Positions 41,380-52,217 of a stretch of DNA of 64,000 bases are shown here, in pieces (within the stretch, counting starts at the first letter, position 1; each line of letters opens with the position of its first letter). The notes under the pieces were generated by a model. It had not been told where the DNA came from, searched no databases, and saw only the letters and a program-made list of their open reading frames with translations. Source of the DNA: Spirochaetota bacterium (GTDB lineage: Bacteria > Spirochaetota > UBA6919 > CBDBPB01); NCBI GenBank assembly GCA_965208615.1, contig CBDBPB010000001.1, positions 64,001 through 128,000 of the forward strand. Direction: 5' to 3'. The position numbers and the translations under genes are program-made.

Positions 41380-42294
41380 TTATACGTTGTTTTCAAAAGA
41401 TTTAAAGTATTTTTTAGAAATACTAATTTTATATTTTTCCCATAGTCTTTCGTTCAATTTATCAAACTCTTTTTCAACAAAATGCTCTATTATAGAATTC
41501 CTTACCCTAGTATATGAAAGCTGATACCACTGCTTTTTACCTGTAGACTTAGGATACATACCAAATTTACTTTTATTTGCTTTATAATAATCTTTTAAAG
41601 GCTTTTCACCTTTTTTAATTATCTTTTGAGTTAATTCATTAATCAACTTCTTTTTATACAAATATATAAGTCTCCACTTCCAATTAAGCTTCCACATATC
41701 TTTAAACGAGGATATTTCATCAAGACCAAGTCTCTTACCCTCAATGGATAAATATATTTTATGTAGCATATTATTTTTAATAAAATCTTTTATGTTGGCT
41801 TGTTTTGGTAATATGCTTTTAAGCTCTCCCACAGTTAAGGTTAACATATTCTTAACTTCTAAAATAGTTAGAGAGTTGTTATTAGGTTTTTCTAATACCC
41901 TTTCATAAAATATTACCTTATTCTTATCTTTTTTAAAATGTCTTAATTTATTATTTTTTTTTAGCTTTTCAAAAGTAAACTGCGAAATAGTATATAAATA
42001 AAATAACTTTTTAACATTTGAGGATATAGTTTTAGAAAACTCATTTATATTAAGGTCTATCCATATAGCTTTGTTATTAAGGTAGTCAGTCAATATGGAT
42101 TTAAGCCTTTTCCAATCAGATAGTTCTTTTTCTATAACAAGGTCTTTTTTTTTATAAAACCTTGGATCCTCACTCTGTAACAAGCTAACAAACTGACTAT
42201 ATGTAATATTCTCACTCTGGATTTCAGCTATTTTAGGAGAGCAACTAACTAAAAACAATAAAACCATAGTGGTTAATAATAATTTATTCCCCAT
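41380..42294 (-). CDS. Hypothetical lipoprotein, weakly resembling PrsA/SurA foldase helical regions
   Basis: Lipobox LVSC; LKDYYKANKSKF. Confidence 0.55.
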   Translation of the reverse strand: MGNKLLLTTMVLLFLVSCSPKIAEIQSENITYSQFVSLLQSEDPRFYKKKDLVIEKELSDWKRLKSILTDYLNNKAIWIDLNINEFSKTISSNVKKLFYLYTISQFTFEKLKKNNKLRHFKKDKNKVIFYERVLEKPNNNSLTILEVKNMLTLTVGELKSILPKQANIKDFIKNNMLHKIYLSIEGKRLGLDEISSFKDMWKLNWKWRLIYLYKKKLINELTQKIIKKGEKPLKDYYKANKSKFGMYPKSTGKKQWYQLSYTRVRNSIIEHFVEKEFDKLNERLWEKYKISISKKYFKSFENNV

Positions 42295-42512
42295 CCCAAT
42301 ACTCCAATTTAATAGCTAAAGTATAATATTTTTTTTAACAAACAGCAATCAATTTTATGGTTTATAAATAGTCATAATATAAATATAAAAAGTTTAAACC
42401 CCCTTGACTTCTCATTACAGCTTTAGGATATTTAATTCGTTTATAAAATTAGTTTCTAATTAAACTTTAGTTTTATTTTTAATACTTAACAAGCAGAATA
42501 AGAGATACTCCT

Positions 42513-44018
42513 ATGAAAGAAGATAATCTAACAAAATGGAATAAAGCGTTTTGGATAATATTAGCCATATCTATTTTGCTTAGGATTATATGGTTATCAG
42601 AGTTCCCTCATAGCATTTATAGTCCTGATTCATTAAGCTATACAGCTATAGCACATGATATATTAGAAACTGGTAAAACTCATATAACCATGCGTACCTT
42701 AGGATATCCACTTTTTCTAATACCTATTATAAGTATTGCAGGGGATTATTTAGCTGTTGTTATTGTACAAATGGTTTTAGGTATACTAATTGCCGTTATA
42801 TTATATCATTTATTTTGGGAGTTCTATCCTAAACAAAAAATCAGTTTATGGCTTTTTGGACTAATTATATTATGTAGTTATCATCTTAATTATGAGTCGT
42901 TAATTGGACCAGAGTTATTATTAGCCTTTTTTCTTACCATTTGTTTTTGGCTTATAGTACGCTTGCATAAAGCTCCTAAGTTTTCACACTTCTTTTGGTT
43001 AGGCTTAATAGCTGGACTATCCACTATTACCAAGCCTGCTATTATATATTTTATAATACTTGGACTAATAATATCTATTTTAACGTTTTATAAAACAAAA
43101 GATAAGTTTAAGAAAATACTAATTAGCTCCATAATATTTTATCTACCTTATTTAGTTGTTTTAGGTGGTCAGGCTACGTTTAACTACTATCACAATGACT
43201 TCTTTGGACAAACTAGTATTGGAGGATCAAATTTATTTGGTAGTAGTGCCCGTTTTCTTGATTTAGATAAGCCTACTAAGAATAAAGAAATCAAAAAATT
43301 AATTAAGCCATATATAATAGAATATAGAAAGCTCTATAGTCAAGATAAAGCAAATGCAATGTGGTTACTTTTTCACAAAGATGGTCCTAGTAAAATAATG
43401 CGGAAATATGTAAAAGGCTCTGCTCTTGAGTATGATAAGCTATGTAAAGAATTGGGCATAGAGGCTATTACATCCCACCCTTTTCGATTTGCTTATGAAA
43501 AAACAAAAGACATTATAGAGCTATTATTTTTCCCACATAATATAGGTATGAATTTAAATAGGCCTTATGATAGAATTGTTCACTATTCTTGGCAAAGCCT
43601 TCCTAAGAAGTTATTATCCTATAATAAAACTCATCCAAAAGTAGACTTCCCAGACAACATGCCTATTGAAAACTATAAACGTAGGCCTTTTAAATCTATA
43701 GGATCTTTTGTAAGACGAATATATATTCTATCCCCTGCTGTTTTACCTACTATATGGGCTATAGGATTGTTCTTATCATTTTATTTTCTATTTATAAGAT
43801 ATAGGGTTTTTCCTATTATGTCTGTTCTGACCAGTGCTTACGTATTAATACTATTTCACTTGGCTATTCATACTATAGCACATACTAGCATGAGATTTGT
43901 TTATCCTGTATACTCTCTTATGATATTTTTTACCTTTATGTTATTGGCTGAAAGTAAGTGGGTTGATAAAATAGTTAATAAAAGAAAAGATAAAAAGCTG
44001 TCTATTAAGAAGGCATGA
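42513..44018 (+). CDS. GT-C-fold (ArnT/PMT_2-like) integral-membrane glycosyltransferase
   Basis: DS.SY loop after TM1, RTLGYPLF, E in IGPE, TKP, late RF..P; about 11 TM segments. Confidence 0.75.
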   Translation: MKEDNLTKWNKAFWIILAISILLRIIWLSEFPHSIYSPDSLSYTAIAHDILETGKTHITMRTLGYPLFLIPIISIAGDYLAVVIVQMVLGILIAVILYHLFWEFYPKQKISLWLFGLIILCSYHLNYESLIGPELLLAFFLTICFWLIVRLHKAPKFSHFFWLGLIAGLSTITKPAIIYFIILGLIISILTFYKTKDKFKKILISSIIFYLPYLVVLGGQATFNYYHNDFFGQTSIGGSNLFGSSARFLDLDKPTKNKEIKKLIKPYIIEYRKLYSQDKANAMWLLFHKDGPSKIMRKYVKGSALEYDKLCKELGIEAITSHPFRFAYEKTKDIIELLFFPHNIGMNLNRPYDRIVHYSWQSLPKKLLSYNKTHPKVDFPDNMPIENYKRRPFKSIGSFVRRIYILSPAVLPTIWAIGLFLSFYFLFIRYRVFPIMSVLTSAYVLILFHLAIHTIAHTSMRFVYPVYSLMIFFTFMLLAESKWVDKIVNKRKDKKLSIKKA

Positions 44019-44028
44019 ATAGGCTATT

Positions 44029-44901
44029 ATGATTTTTAGCAAAAAGAAAGATAAGTATTTATCACCATCCAAGATAGCCTGGACAAGGTTTAAAAAACAT
44101 AGATTAGCTATGGTCAGTCTGTGGATTATTATTGTACTTGGGATTTTATCTATTGTTATACCTGTGCTATCGAGTTACTCAGTGGGTGAGCCTAATATAA
44201 AAGAGATATTTAGAGAGCCATCAAAAGAACACTTTATGGGTACAGATGAGCATGGCTATGATGTATTCACCCGTCTTTTTTACGGGGGACGTATATCATT
44301 ATCCGTTGGACTTATGGCGGCTATATTCTCTGCTTTTTTGGGTACTATTATAGGGGCTACTGCTGGATATTTTGAGGGTATAATCGACTCTATGCTTATG
44401 CGACTAACTGATACCATGTTGTCATTACCTGTTTTACCTTTTCTATTAATACTTGCGGCCGTTGTTGAGCAGAGGAGTATAATATTAATTGTACTTATAA
44501 TATCGCTGTTTAGCTGGATGGGAGTTGCAAGGCTGGTCAGAGGAGAGGTTCTATCCATTAAGCAAAGGGAGTTTATAGATGCTTGTAAGGCTTTGGGCTC
44601 ATCTAATAGTCGGATTATATTTAAGCATATTATACCCAATGCCCTAACTCCTGTTATAATAGCTACTACTCTGTCTTTGGGCAGTGTTATTCAGTATGAG
44701 GCAGTGCTTAGTTATTTAGCTTTGGGGATTGATCCATCAACTCCCTCATGGGGGAATATGCTGTCTAATGCTCAGGAGTATTTTACTAAGGCACCATATT
44801 TGGTTTTATACCCTGGTATATTAATATCCATTACTATTATCTGTATTAACTTTATTGGCGATGGACTAAGGGATGCCCTTGATCCAAGACAGGTTATATA
44901 G
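44029..44901 (+). CDS. oppC: Oligopeptide/dipeptide ABC permease, OppC/DppC family
   Basis: GTD..G.D.F.R, RISL.VG, EAA-like loop FIDACKALG, PSWG, GDGLRDALDP. Confidence 0.92.
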   Translation: MIFSKKKDKYLSPSKIAWTRFKKHRLAMVSLWIIIVLGILSIVIPVLSSYSVGEPNIKEIFREPSKEHFMGTDEHGYDVFTRLFYGGRISLSVGLMAAIFSAFLGTIIGATAGYFEGIIDSMLMRLTDTMLSLPVLPFLLILAAVVEQRSIILIVLIISLFSWMGVARLVRGEVLSIKQREFIDACKALGSSNSRIIFKHIIPNALTPVIIATTLSLGSVIQYEAVLSYLALGIDPSTPSWGNMLSNAQEYFTKAPYLVLYPGILISITIICINFIGDGLRDALDPRQVI

Positions 44902-44914
44902 CAAGATATTGACT

Positions 44915-46996
44915 ATGAAAAATAAACCATACATTTTAATTATACTTTTATTGATTAGCGGTTGTTATTATGATAGTTCTAATGCTAGTAGGTTAAAGAA
45001 GCAGGTTATAATAAGAAAGCCTAATATTGAAAAGGAAATTAAGTATATTACTGGTCTAAAGAACAGAGTAGAACATTGGGAGCAGTATAATAAGCCAAAA
45101 GTTATAAGGGATGGGTTTAATCCCATTGTAAATGATAGCCAATATGATAAGCCTGTTAGAGGCGGCTTTTTAAACGTACAGTTTGGGGTAGAGCCTAAGG
45201 CTATAAGTATATTGGATAATTCATCTGTTAGTAGTATAATTGCGTCTTATGTATTTAACTCTCTTCTGACTACTGATCCAGAGACTTTTAAGGTAATACC
45301 AAGTCTTGCAAAGAGTTATAAGGCCTATGATATTGTTTGGCTTAAGGGCTATAAAAAGGACAGTGTTTTTAAGGAGAAGGGTGAGAACAACTATATAGCG
45401 GGTAACGTTGATGAGGACAACATAAAATGGGACAAGCATAAAAAGAGGATTTTAGCTATACCCATTGAGGTTAATGGCAAAAGGCTGATTATTGGGTCTA
45501 ATGAGCTTAGGTATAGGGTGGATAAGGCTGATAACTATACCAGGGCTTATGATAGAGCTGTGGTTTTTAAGTTTACTTTACGTGATAATGTAAAATGGCA
45601 TGATGGACATCCACTTAATGTTGATGATGTTATTTTTAGCCTTGAGATTTTAAAGAATCCCTATATACACCAGCTAACGCACTTAAGGAGCTATTATAGC
45701 CTTATCAAGGCTTGGACAAAGGATAGTAATAATACTATTACCATATATTTTGATAAGCAGTATTTTAAGGCAGTAGACTTTGCAGGGGGATTTACCATAC
45801 TGCCAAAGCATATTTACCTACCCGATAATAAAGTATTTACTAAGAAGGAGTTAGCAAGGCATTTTACTAGTCATGAGGTTAATCATGCTCCTATTGGTAC
45901 TGGTCCATATTATATGCCGTCTAAACTGCTATCAAACAGGTCTAACAAAACTGGATGGAAGTCTAAAAAGCATATTATGCTTATCAGGAATGACGACTAT
46001 TTTCAAAAGGACAAAAGGGCATATCTAAAGAGGATATATTTTAAGTTTATAACTAATCCAGAAACGAGTTTTATCGAGCTTAAGAATGGCAATATTGACT
46101 TTATGCCCAGTATGTCGGCTGAGCGGTTTTTTAATAGTAGTAATAGTGATAGGTTTAAGGCTAAGTTTGCAAAAGCTATTTATTATACCGGTGGATTTAG
46201 CTATATTGGATATAACATGAAAAAGGCCTATTTTAGGGATGCAAAAGTAAGGACGGCTTTTACTATGCTCCTTAACAGAAAGAGGGTGCTTAAAAGTCTG
46301 TATTATGGTATGGGTAAGGTTGTTAGTGGTAGTCAATATTATTTTGGTCCGGCGTACAATCATGATGTAAAGCCCTATGATTATGACAGAGAGCGTGCTA
46401 TTGATTTGCTAAACCAGTCTGGATGGGTTGATACAGATGGTGATGGTTTTAGGGATAAAAATGGTATTCCTTTTGAGGTTCAATTATTGTATCCTCAGGG
46501 TTCTCAGAGTGCTCAGAAGATATACGCCTTTTTATACGAGGAACTTAGGGGAGTTGGTATAAAAATACACCTTACGAGGCTTGAGTGGTCTGTATTTTTG
46601 GAACATCTTAGCAACCGTAAGTTTGATTTATGTATATTGGGATGGGGTACTCCAATAGAGTCTGACCCTTATCAGATATGGCATTCATCACAGTGGGCTA
46701 ATAGGGGTAGTAATCATGTTGGTTTTAATAATACCGAGGCGGATAGCATTATTGAAAAAGCAAGACGTGCTATAAACCCTATCAAGAGGTATAAGTTATA
46801 CTTTCGTTTTCATGAGGTGTTACACAAAGAACAGCCTTATTTATTTTTGTATACAATCCCTGTGAAAGCGGTTTATAATAACAGGTATCGTAATGTTAAG
46901 TTCTACAGAGGAAGGCCTGGTTATATATTGAGTGAGTGGTTTATTCCAAAAGCACTTCAGACTAAAGAAGAGCTAAAGGCAGAGTTAAAAAACTAA
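44915..46996 (+). CDS. oppA: Family 5 peptide ABC substrate-binding lipoprotein (OppA/AppA-like)
   Basis: Lipobox ISGC from ATG 44915; LRDNVKWHDG, PIGTGPY, GW.DTDGDG, WHSSQ. Confidence 0.9.
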   Translation: MKNKPYILIILLLISGCYYDSSNASRLKKQVIIRKPNIEKEIKYITGLKNRVEHWEQYNKPKVIRDGFNPIVNDSQYDKPVRGGFLNVQFGVEPKAISILDNSSVSSIIASYVFNSLLTTDPETFKVIPSLAKSYKAYDIVWLKGYKKDSVFKEKGENNYIAGNVDEDNIKWDKHKKRILAIPIEVNGKRLIIGSNELRYRVDKADNYTRAYDRAVVFKFTLRDNVKWHDGHPLNVDDVIFSLEILKNPYIHQLTHLRSYYSLIKAWTKDSNNTITIYFDKQYFKAVDFAGGFTILPKHIYLPDNKVFTKKELARHFTSHEVNHAPIGTGPYYMPSKLLSNRSNKTGWKSKKHIMLIRNDDYFQKDKRAYLKRIYFKFITNPETSFIELKNGNIDFMPSMSAERFFNSSNSDRFKAKFAKAIYYTGGFSYIGYNMKKAYFRDAKVRTAFTMLLNRKRVLKSLYYGMGKVVSGSQYYFGPAYNHDVKPYDYDRERAIDLLNQSGWVDTDGDGFRDKNGIPFEVQLLYPQGSQSAQKIYAFLYEELRGVGIKIHLTRLEWSVFLEHLSNRKFDLCILGWGTPIESDPYQIWHSSQWANRGSNHVGFNNTEADSIIEKARRAINPIKRYKLYFRFHEVLHKEQPYLFLYTIPVKAVYNNRYRNVKFYRGRPGYILSEWFIPKALQTKEELKAELKN

Positions 46997-47019
46997 TGTA
47001 TTATTTATAGGGAGGATTA

Positions 47020-47454
47020 ATGACAAAAGATTTATTTTTAGGCAGTTGGAGACTTATATCCAATGAGTTTAAGTATGAGGATGGAACTATAAGCCATCCT
47101 ATGGGTAAAAAAAGTATAGGGCTTTTAATTTATGAGCCTAATCATATGGCTGTACAGATTATGAATCCTGAGCGTAAAGCCTTTAGGTCTATGAGCCAAT
47201 ATAATGGTACTGATACCGAGATAAGGTCTGCTTTTGAGGGGTATATGGCTTATTTTGGTAAATATAGTATTGACGAAGATAAAAAAATAATTTATCATCA
47301 TGTAGATGTAAGCCTATTCCCAAACTGGATTGCTGGTGATCAAATAAGGCATTATGAGTTCTCGGATAATAATACTCGCTTATCCCTTAGAACTCAGCCT
47401 ATAGAGGCTAAAAAAGGTACCATAACAGGCTATTTATTTTGGGAAAAGGTATAA
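47020..47454 (+). CDS. Lipocalin-like domain protein
   Basis: LGSWRL, G.LIY, AYFGKY, SLFPNW.G..Q.R, L.WEK; GGAGG RBS. Confidence 0.85.
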   Translation: MTKDLFLGSWRLISNEFKYEDGTISHPMGKKSIGLLIYEPNHMAVQIMNPERKAFRSMSQYNGTDTEIRSAFEGYMAYFGKYSIDEDKKIIYHHVDVSLFPNWIAGDQIRHYEFSDNNTRLSLRTQPIEAKKGTITGYLFWEKV

Positions 47455-47530
47455 CAGGTCAATAAATAGGTTATACGTTATAATTTATGTTTTATACTAA
47501 AGCTTGATATACACTCAAAAAGGAGTTACT

Positions 47531-49027
47531 GTGAAAGAAAGCAATTTAACAAAATGGAATAAAGCATTTTAGATAATCTTAGCCATATCTATTTTACTTA
47601 GGATTATATGGTTATCAGAACTCCCCCATGGACGTTTTAACCCTGATACTCCTGGATATACAGCTATAGCCCATAATATATTAGAAACTGGTAAAACTCA
47701 TTACACTACACGTACCTTAGGATATCCACTTTTTATAATGCCTATTCTAGTTATTGCAGGGGACTATTTAGCAGTTGTTATTTTACAAATGATTTTAGGC
47801 ATACTAATTGCCGTTATATTATATCATTTATTTTGGGAGCTTTATCCTAAACAGAAAATTAGTTTATGGCTTTTTGGACTTATAGCCTCCTGTGGCTATC
47901 ATCTTAATTATGAGTCACTAATTGGACCAGAACTATTATTAGCATTCCTTATTAGCCTTTGCTTTTGGTTTATAGTACGATTACATAAAGGCCCTAGGCT
48001 GTTACACTTCTTTTTATTAGGCTTAGTAGCTGGGATAGCCACTATTACTAAACCTGCTGCTATATATTTTATAATATTTGGACTTATAACATCCATTTTA
48101 GCTTTTTATAAAGCAAAAGATAAGTTTAAAAAAATACTAATTAGCTCTATAATATTTTACTTACCTTATTTAGTTGTTTTAGGTGGTCAAGCTACATTTA
48201 ACTATTACCACAATGATTTTTTTGGACAAAGTCTCAATGGAGGACCAAATTTATTTGGTGGTAGTGCCCGTTTTCTTGATTTAGATAAACCTACTAAGAA
48301 TAAAGAAATTAAAAAGCTAATTAAACCGTATATAATAAAGTATAGAAAACTGCGTAATCAAAGAAATGAAAATCAAAACTGGTTACTATTCCACAAAGAT
48401 GGGCCTAGTAAAATAATGGGGGAATATGTAAAAGGCTCTGCTCTTGAGTATGATAAGCTATGTAAATAACTTGCTATAGAGGCTATTACATCCCACCCTT
48501 TTCAATTTACTTATGAAAAGGCAAAGGTTTTTCTATCTTTCTTATTTAACACAGGTAATAGGCTTGTTAGCATAGTTAGATCCAGGGATAATGTTGTTCA
48601 ATACTCTTGGGCCAATGTTCCTAAGCACCTACTGAACTATAATAAAACTCATCCACAAGTAGACCTATTAAAAAAAGTTGACTATAGAGTTAAGCCTTTT
48701 GAATCTTTGGGCTCTTTTGTAAGACGAGTGCATATTATCTCCCCCACTGTTTTACCCATTATATGGGCTATAGGACTATTCTTATCATTCTATTTTCTTT
48801 TTATAAGGTATAAGGTTTTTCCTATTATGTCTGTTATGACAAGTGTTTATACATTAATATGTTTTCATTTGGCTATACACACTTTAAGCATACCGAGTAT
48901 GCGATATGTTTATCCTGTATACTCTATTATGATATTTTTTACCTTTATGTTATTGGCTGAGACTAAGTGGATTACTAAAATACTTAATAAAATACAAGAG
49001 AAAAGGCTGTCTATGAAAAAGGTATAA
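47531..49027 (+). pseudogene. Paralogue of the 42513-44018 GT-C gene with two in-frame nonsense codons
   Basis: AGGAG then GTG at 47531; colinear with 42513-44018; TGG>TAG at 47570 and GAA>TAA at 48467; frame otherwise intact (499 codons). Confidence 0.92.
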
Positions 49028-49070
49028 ACAACTATTATGACTTTAGTAAAAAGAAAAGGTTTAAGGCATA

Positions 49071-50831
49071 TTATTTTTTTAGTCGTGGATCAATAGCTTC
49101 TCTTATGGCGTCTCCTAACAGGTTATACGTTGTAACTGATATGAATATTGCAAATCCTGGTACTAATGAAAGCCACCAATAGTTTAAAACATCGCTTTGA
49201 CCCATACTAATCATTTGTCCCCAACTGGGATTAGGGTCTTGTACACCAAAGCCTAAAAAGCTTAAACCTGCTTCTATTAACATGGCTGATGCTATACCAA
49301 ATGCGGCTGACACTAAAACAGGAGTTAGGGAGTTGGGTAATATATGTTTAAATATAATACTTAAATTGGATACGCCTAATGCCTTAGCCGCTGTTACAAA
49401 CTCTTGATTTCGTAGTTTTAAGAACTCTGCTCTGGTAAGCCTTGCTATCCCTGTCCAGCTTGTTAAGCCTATTATAACCATAATCTTCATAATACTTGGT
49501 CCTAAAAATGCGATTATTGTTAATATCAAAAAGAAACTTGGAAAGCATATTACAATCTCTATGAATCTGGATATTATAATATCTACCCATCCACCGAAGT
49601 ATCCCGCTAAGGCACCAATAATAATACCGATTATAACGTATATAGACACAGCAACAAACCCAACCGATAAAGATACCCTCGCACCCCATATCATCCGTGA
49701 TAACACATCACGCCCAGTGTGGTCAGTACCCAATATATGTCTACCGTAATTATTGTCTGATATATATTTTAGTATACTGGGTTTTTGATATTTCTCTTCT
49801 AAGAAGTTTTCATTAAATCCAAAGGGTACCATTGGGAAAATAGCGTAGTCATTAGTCGACGACTTAATTATCATATTTTTATAGTTAATGGGTATTTGGG
49901 GGTCAGAGTTTAATATTAAAAGCATACATGGTAGTGTTATCCATATTATTAGGGTTATATATATTATTCGCCTTTTTGTAATTTTATTATGGCTAAGTTT
50001 AAATGCTATTCTTTTAACTATGGGGAAAATAAGTATAAACAACAATCCCATCATAAAAATAACGTCTAATATAGATAGGCTTGAGAATGCAGGAAAGGTT
50101 AATTTTTTAACCAGTTCTTTTTCTACTTTGCCAAAGGATAGGGTATTTACTATTTCTTTTTTAATATTACCCAGTTTTATAGCGGTATTAATATTTTTAT
50201 CTTTGAATATTAGTTTATACTTGTCTTTAATTTTATCAATATGCTTATTTAGTTTTTCGGACAGAGGGAACTTAAGTTTATCGAGGTTATATATTATTAG
50301 TTTGGCATTTTTATTTTTGTTTAGCTTATGATCTATCTCTATTAGGCTTATATTAAGTTGTTCTTTTTGGCTATACTTTTTAACCCGTTTTTGTTTTAGG
50401 GATAGTATTTTAGCTCCTATTTTCTTCTTTTGATTTTTGAGGTCTTTGTTATTAGCGTTTTCATTGATTAGCTCTCTTAGTCTTTCTTCTTTATTTGTTA
50501 ACCGATCCTTTTGTTGATTGAGCTTATGTATGACATTTTTGAGCAGGTTAAACTCTTTATTAGCCTTATTTTTTTGTTTAGTTAGTTCATTTTGTTTTGG
50601 GCGATTATTTACATATACGTTATGGGCTCTTTCCCACGCTGGATAGTAATACTTATAATACTCACCGTAGTTAGTGTATAGAATTAGAGGTTTATCATTG
50701 GCTAACAGGGGAGCAAATATGGCTATAAAGAAAAATATAAATATTATCCACAAGGATATTATGGCAGACTTCTTTTTTTTAAGCTGTTTTAATACTATAT
50801 TTAGATAAGAGTTATTTTCTTTATGAATCAT
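49071..50831 (-). CDS. oppC: OppC/DppC-family permease with a large coiled-coil insertion
   Basis: APLLANDKP, about 200 aa of K/N/E heptads, then GTDHTGRDV, FVTAAKALG, PSWG, GDAIREAIDP. Confidence 0.88.
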   Translation of the reverse strand: MIHKENNSYLNIVLKQLKKKKSAIISLWIIFIFFFIAIFAPLLANDKPLILYTNYGEYYKYYYPAWERAHNVYVNNRPKQNELTKQKNKANKEFNLLKNVIHKLNQQKDRLTNKEERLRELINENANNKDLKNQKKKIGAKILSLKQKRVKKYSQKEQLNISLIEIDHKLNKNKNAKLIIYNLDKLKFPLSEKLNKHIDKIKDKYKLIFKDKNINTAIKLGNIKKEIVNTLSFGKVEKELVKKLTFPAFSSLSILDVIFMMGLLFILIFPIVKRIAFKLSHNKITKRRIIYITLIIWITLPCMLLILNSDPQIPINYKNMIIKSSTNDYAIFPMVPFGFNENFLEEKYQKPSILKYISDNNYGRHILGTDHTGRDVLSRMIWGARVSLSVGFVAVSIYVIIGIIIGALAGYFGGWVDIIISRFIEIVICFPSFFLILTIIAFLGPSIMKIMVIIGLTSWTGIARLTRAEFLKLRNQEFVTAAKALGVSNLSIIFKHILPNSLTPVLVSAAFGIASAMLIEAGLSFLGFGVQDPNPSWGQMISMGQSDVLNYWWLSLVPGFAIFISVTTYNLLGDAIREAIDPRLKK

Positions 50832-50839
50832 ATTAGTCC

Positions 50840-51844
50840 TTAGTCAAAGGATATTCTGGGGTTTATAACAACATATATTATATCAACTATTAGTATACCC
50901 AAAAGCGTTAACACAGAGGATAAGTAAAATACAGCCATAACAACGTTATAATCTCTATCATAGATGGCGTTAAAGCTTAACCTACCCATACCAGGTATAT
51001 CAAATATTTTTTCTATTATTATATTCCCGCCTATTAGGGCTGGTAATATACTTCCTGCAATAGTGATTATTGGGATTAAGGAGTTTCTAAGGGCATGTTT
51101 TAGTACAACGGTTTTTTCAGATAGTCCTTTTGCTCTAGCAGTTCTTATGTAGTCCTGTCTTAAGACCTCAAGCATACCCCCTCTCATTTGTCTCGCTAGA
51201 TAAGCATATCCAGCAAATGTCATACATGTTATTGGTAATATTAGGTGTTCTATAAGGCTTATTATTGGCAGGTCTAAAGATAGTCCCTGTGCTGGAAATA
51301 GTCTTATGGGTAGTCCTAATATAAACTCTTGTGTTATTTGCTCACTGGCCAAGAGATTTAAAAGCCATATTGCAACAAAAAAGCTCGGCAAAGAATAGAG
51401 CATAAACAATATTAGAGTAATGATTTTATCCTGTATGGTATTCTCTTTAACGGATGTATAAACTCCAAGAGGTATGGCGATTATATATATTATTAGTATT
51501 GATATGGTGGATAATAATAGTGTAATGGGTATAGCCTCGGCCAACAGGGAGTTTACCGATTTACCGTTATGAGTTATTGACTCACCAAAGTCAAAAGTTA
51601 TGACTTTCTTAAGCCACATTATATATTGTATGTGTAAGGGTTTATCGAGGTTATATCGTCTTCTGAACTCGTCAACGGTTTCAAAGGATACCTCTTTGGA
51701 CTTCTGAACAATTTGTCCACCTTGTTGTTCTAGTAGTTCAGCTGGATTACCTGGTGCAAGGTGGATCACTATAAAAGATATAATAGTTATACCAAATATG
51801 GTGGGGATCATTACTAAGAGCCGTTTTACTATATAGTTAAACAT
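50840..51844 (-). CDS. oppB: OppB/DppB-family permease
   Basis: YIVKRLL, APGNP, LDKP..IQY..W, DYIRTARAKGL, HALRNSLIP, NPRI. Confidence 0.94.
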   Translation of the reverse strand: MFNYIVKRLLVMIPTIFGITIISFIVIHLAPGNPAELLEQQGGQIVQKSKEVSFETVDEFRRRYNLDKPLHIQYIMWLKKVITFDFGESITHNGKSVNSLLAEAIPITLLLSTISILIIYIIAIPLGVYTSVKENTIQDKIITLILFMLYSLPSFFVAIWLLNLLASEQITQEFILGLPIRLFPAQGLSLDLPIISLIEHLILPITCMTFAGYAYLARQMRGGMLEVLRQDYIRTARAKGLSEKTVVLKHALRNSLIPIITIAGSILPALIGGNIIIEKIFDIPGMGRLSFNAIYDRDYNVVMAVFYLSSVLTLLGILIVDIIYVVINPRISFD

Positions 51845-52123
51845 ATTCTCTCTTTATATTCGAGTTAATTGTTTATATAATAGTCAATATATGTTTAAAA
51901 GACAAATAAGCTATTAAAAAGTTTATTCTTAAATTAGTTATATTGTCCTTCTAAATAGATATTTTTTTAATTTTAGAGCTTATATTTAGTAGAGCGATAG
52001 TTATAGCAAAGCTATAGACTAACTATTTAAATTGTAATTAGTTATAACTATATACTCATGGTTAAATACTCTATTTTTCTATATAGAAAAGAGAAAAACT
52101 TAATACTTTTATAAAACATGGTC

Positions 52124-52152
52124 TTGACTAAGAATATAATATTATATATTAT
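52124..52152 (+). promoter_or_regulatory. Putative sigma70 promoter of hup
   Basis: TTGACT, 17 nt, TATTAT. The AT-rich background lowers specificity. Confidence 0.45.
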
Positions 52153-52217
52153 TGGAATGAGTTTAGAGAGCGGAATTTAGCTTTTAAGGTTTACGTTTAT
52201 AAAACAAGGAGGAAAGT

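Noticed and set aside
47570-48469. Stop-codon reassignment or readthrough in the second GT-C copy
   Set aside because: Two different stops (TAG for Trp, TAA for Glu) are each one substitution from the paralogue codon, and both TAA and TAG terminate normal genes in the window
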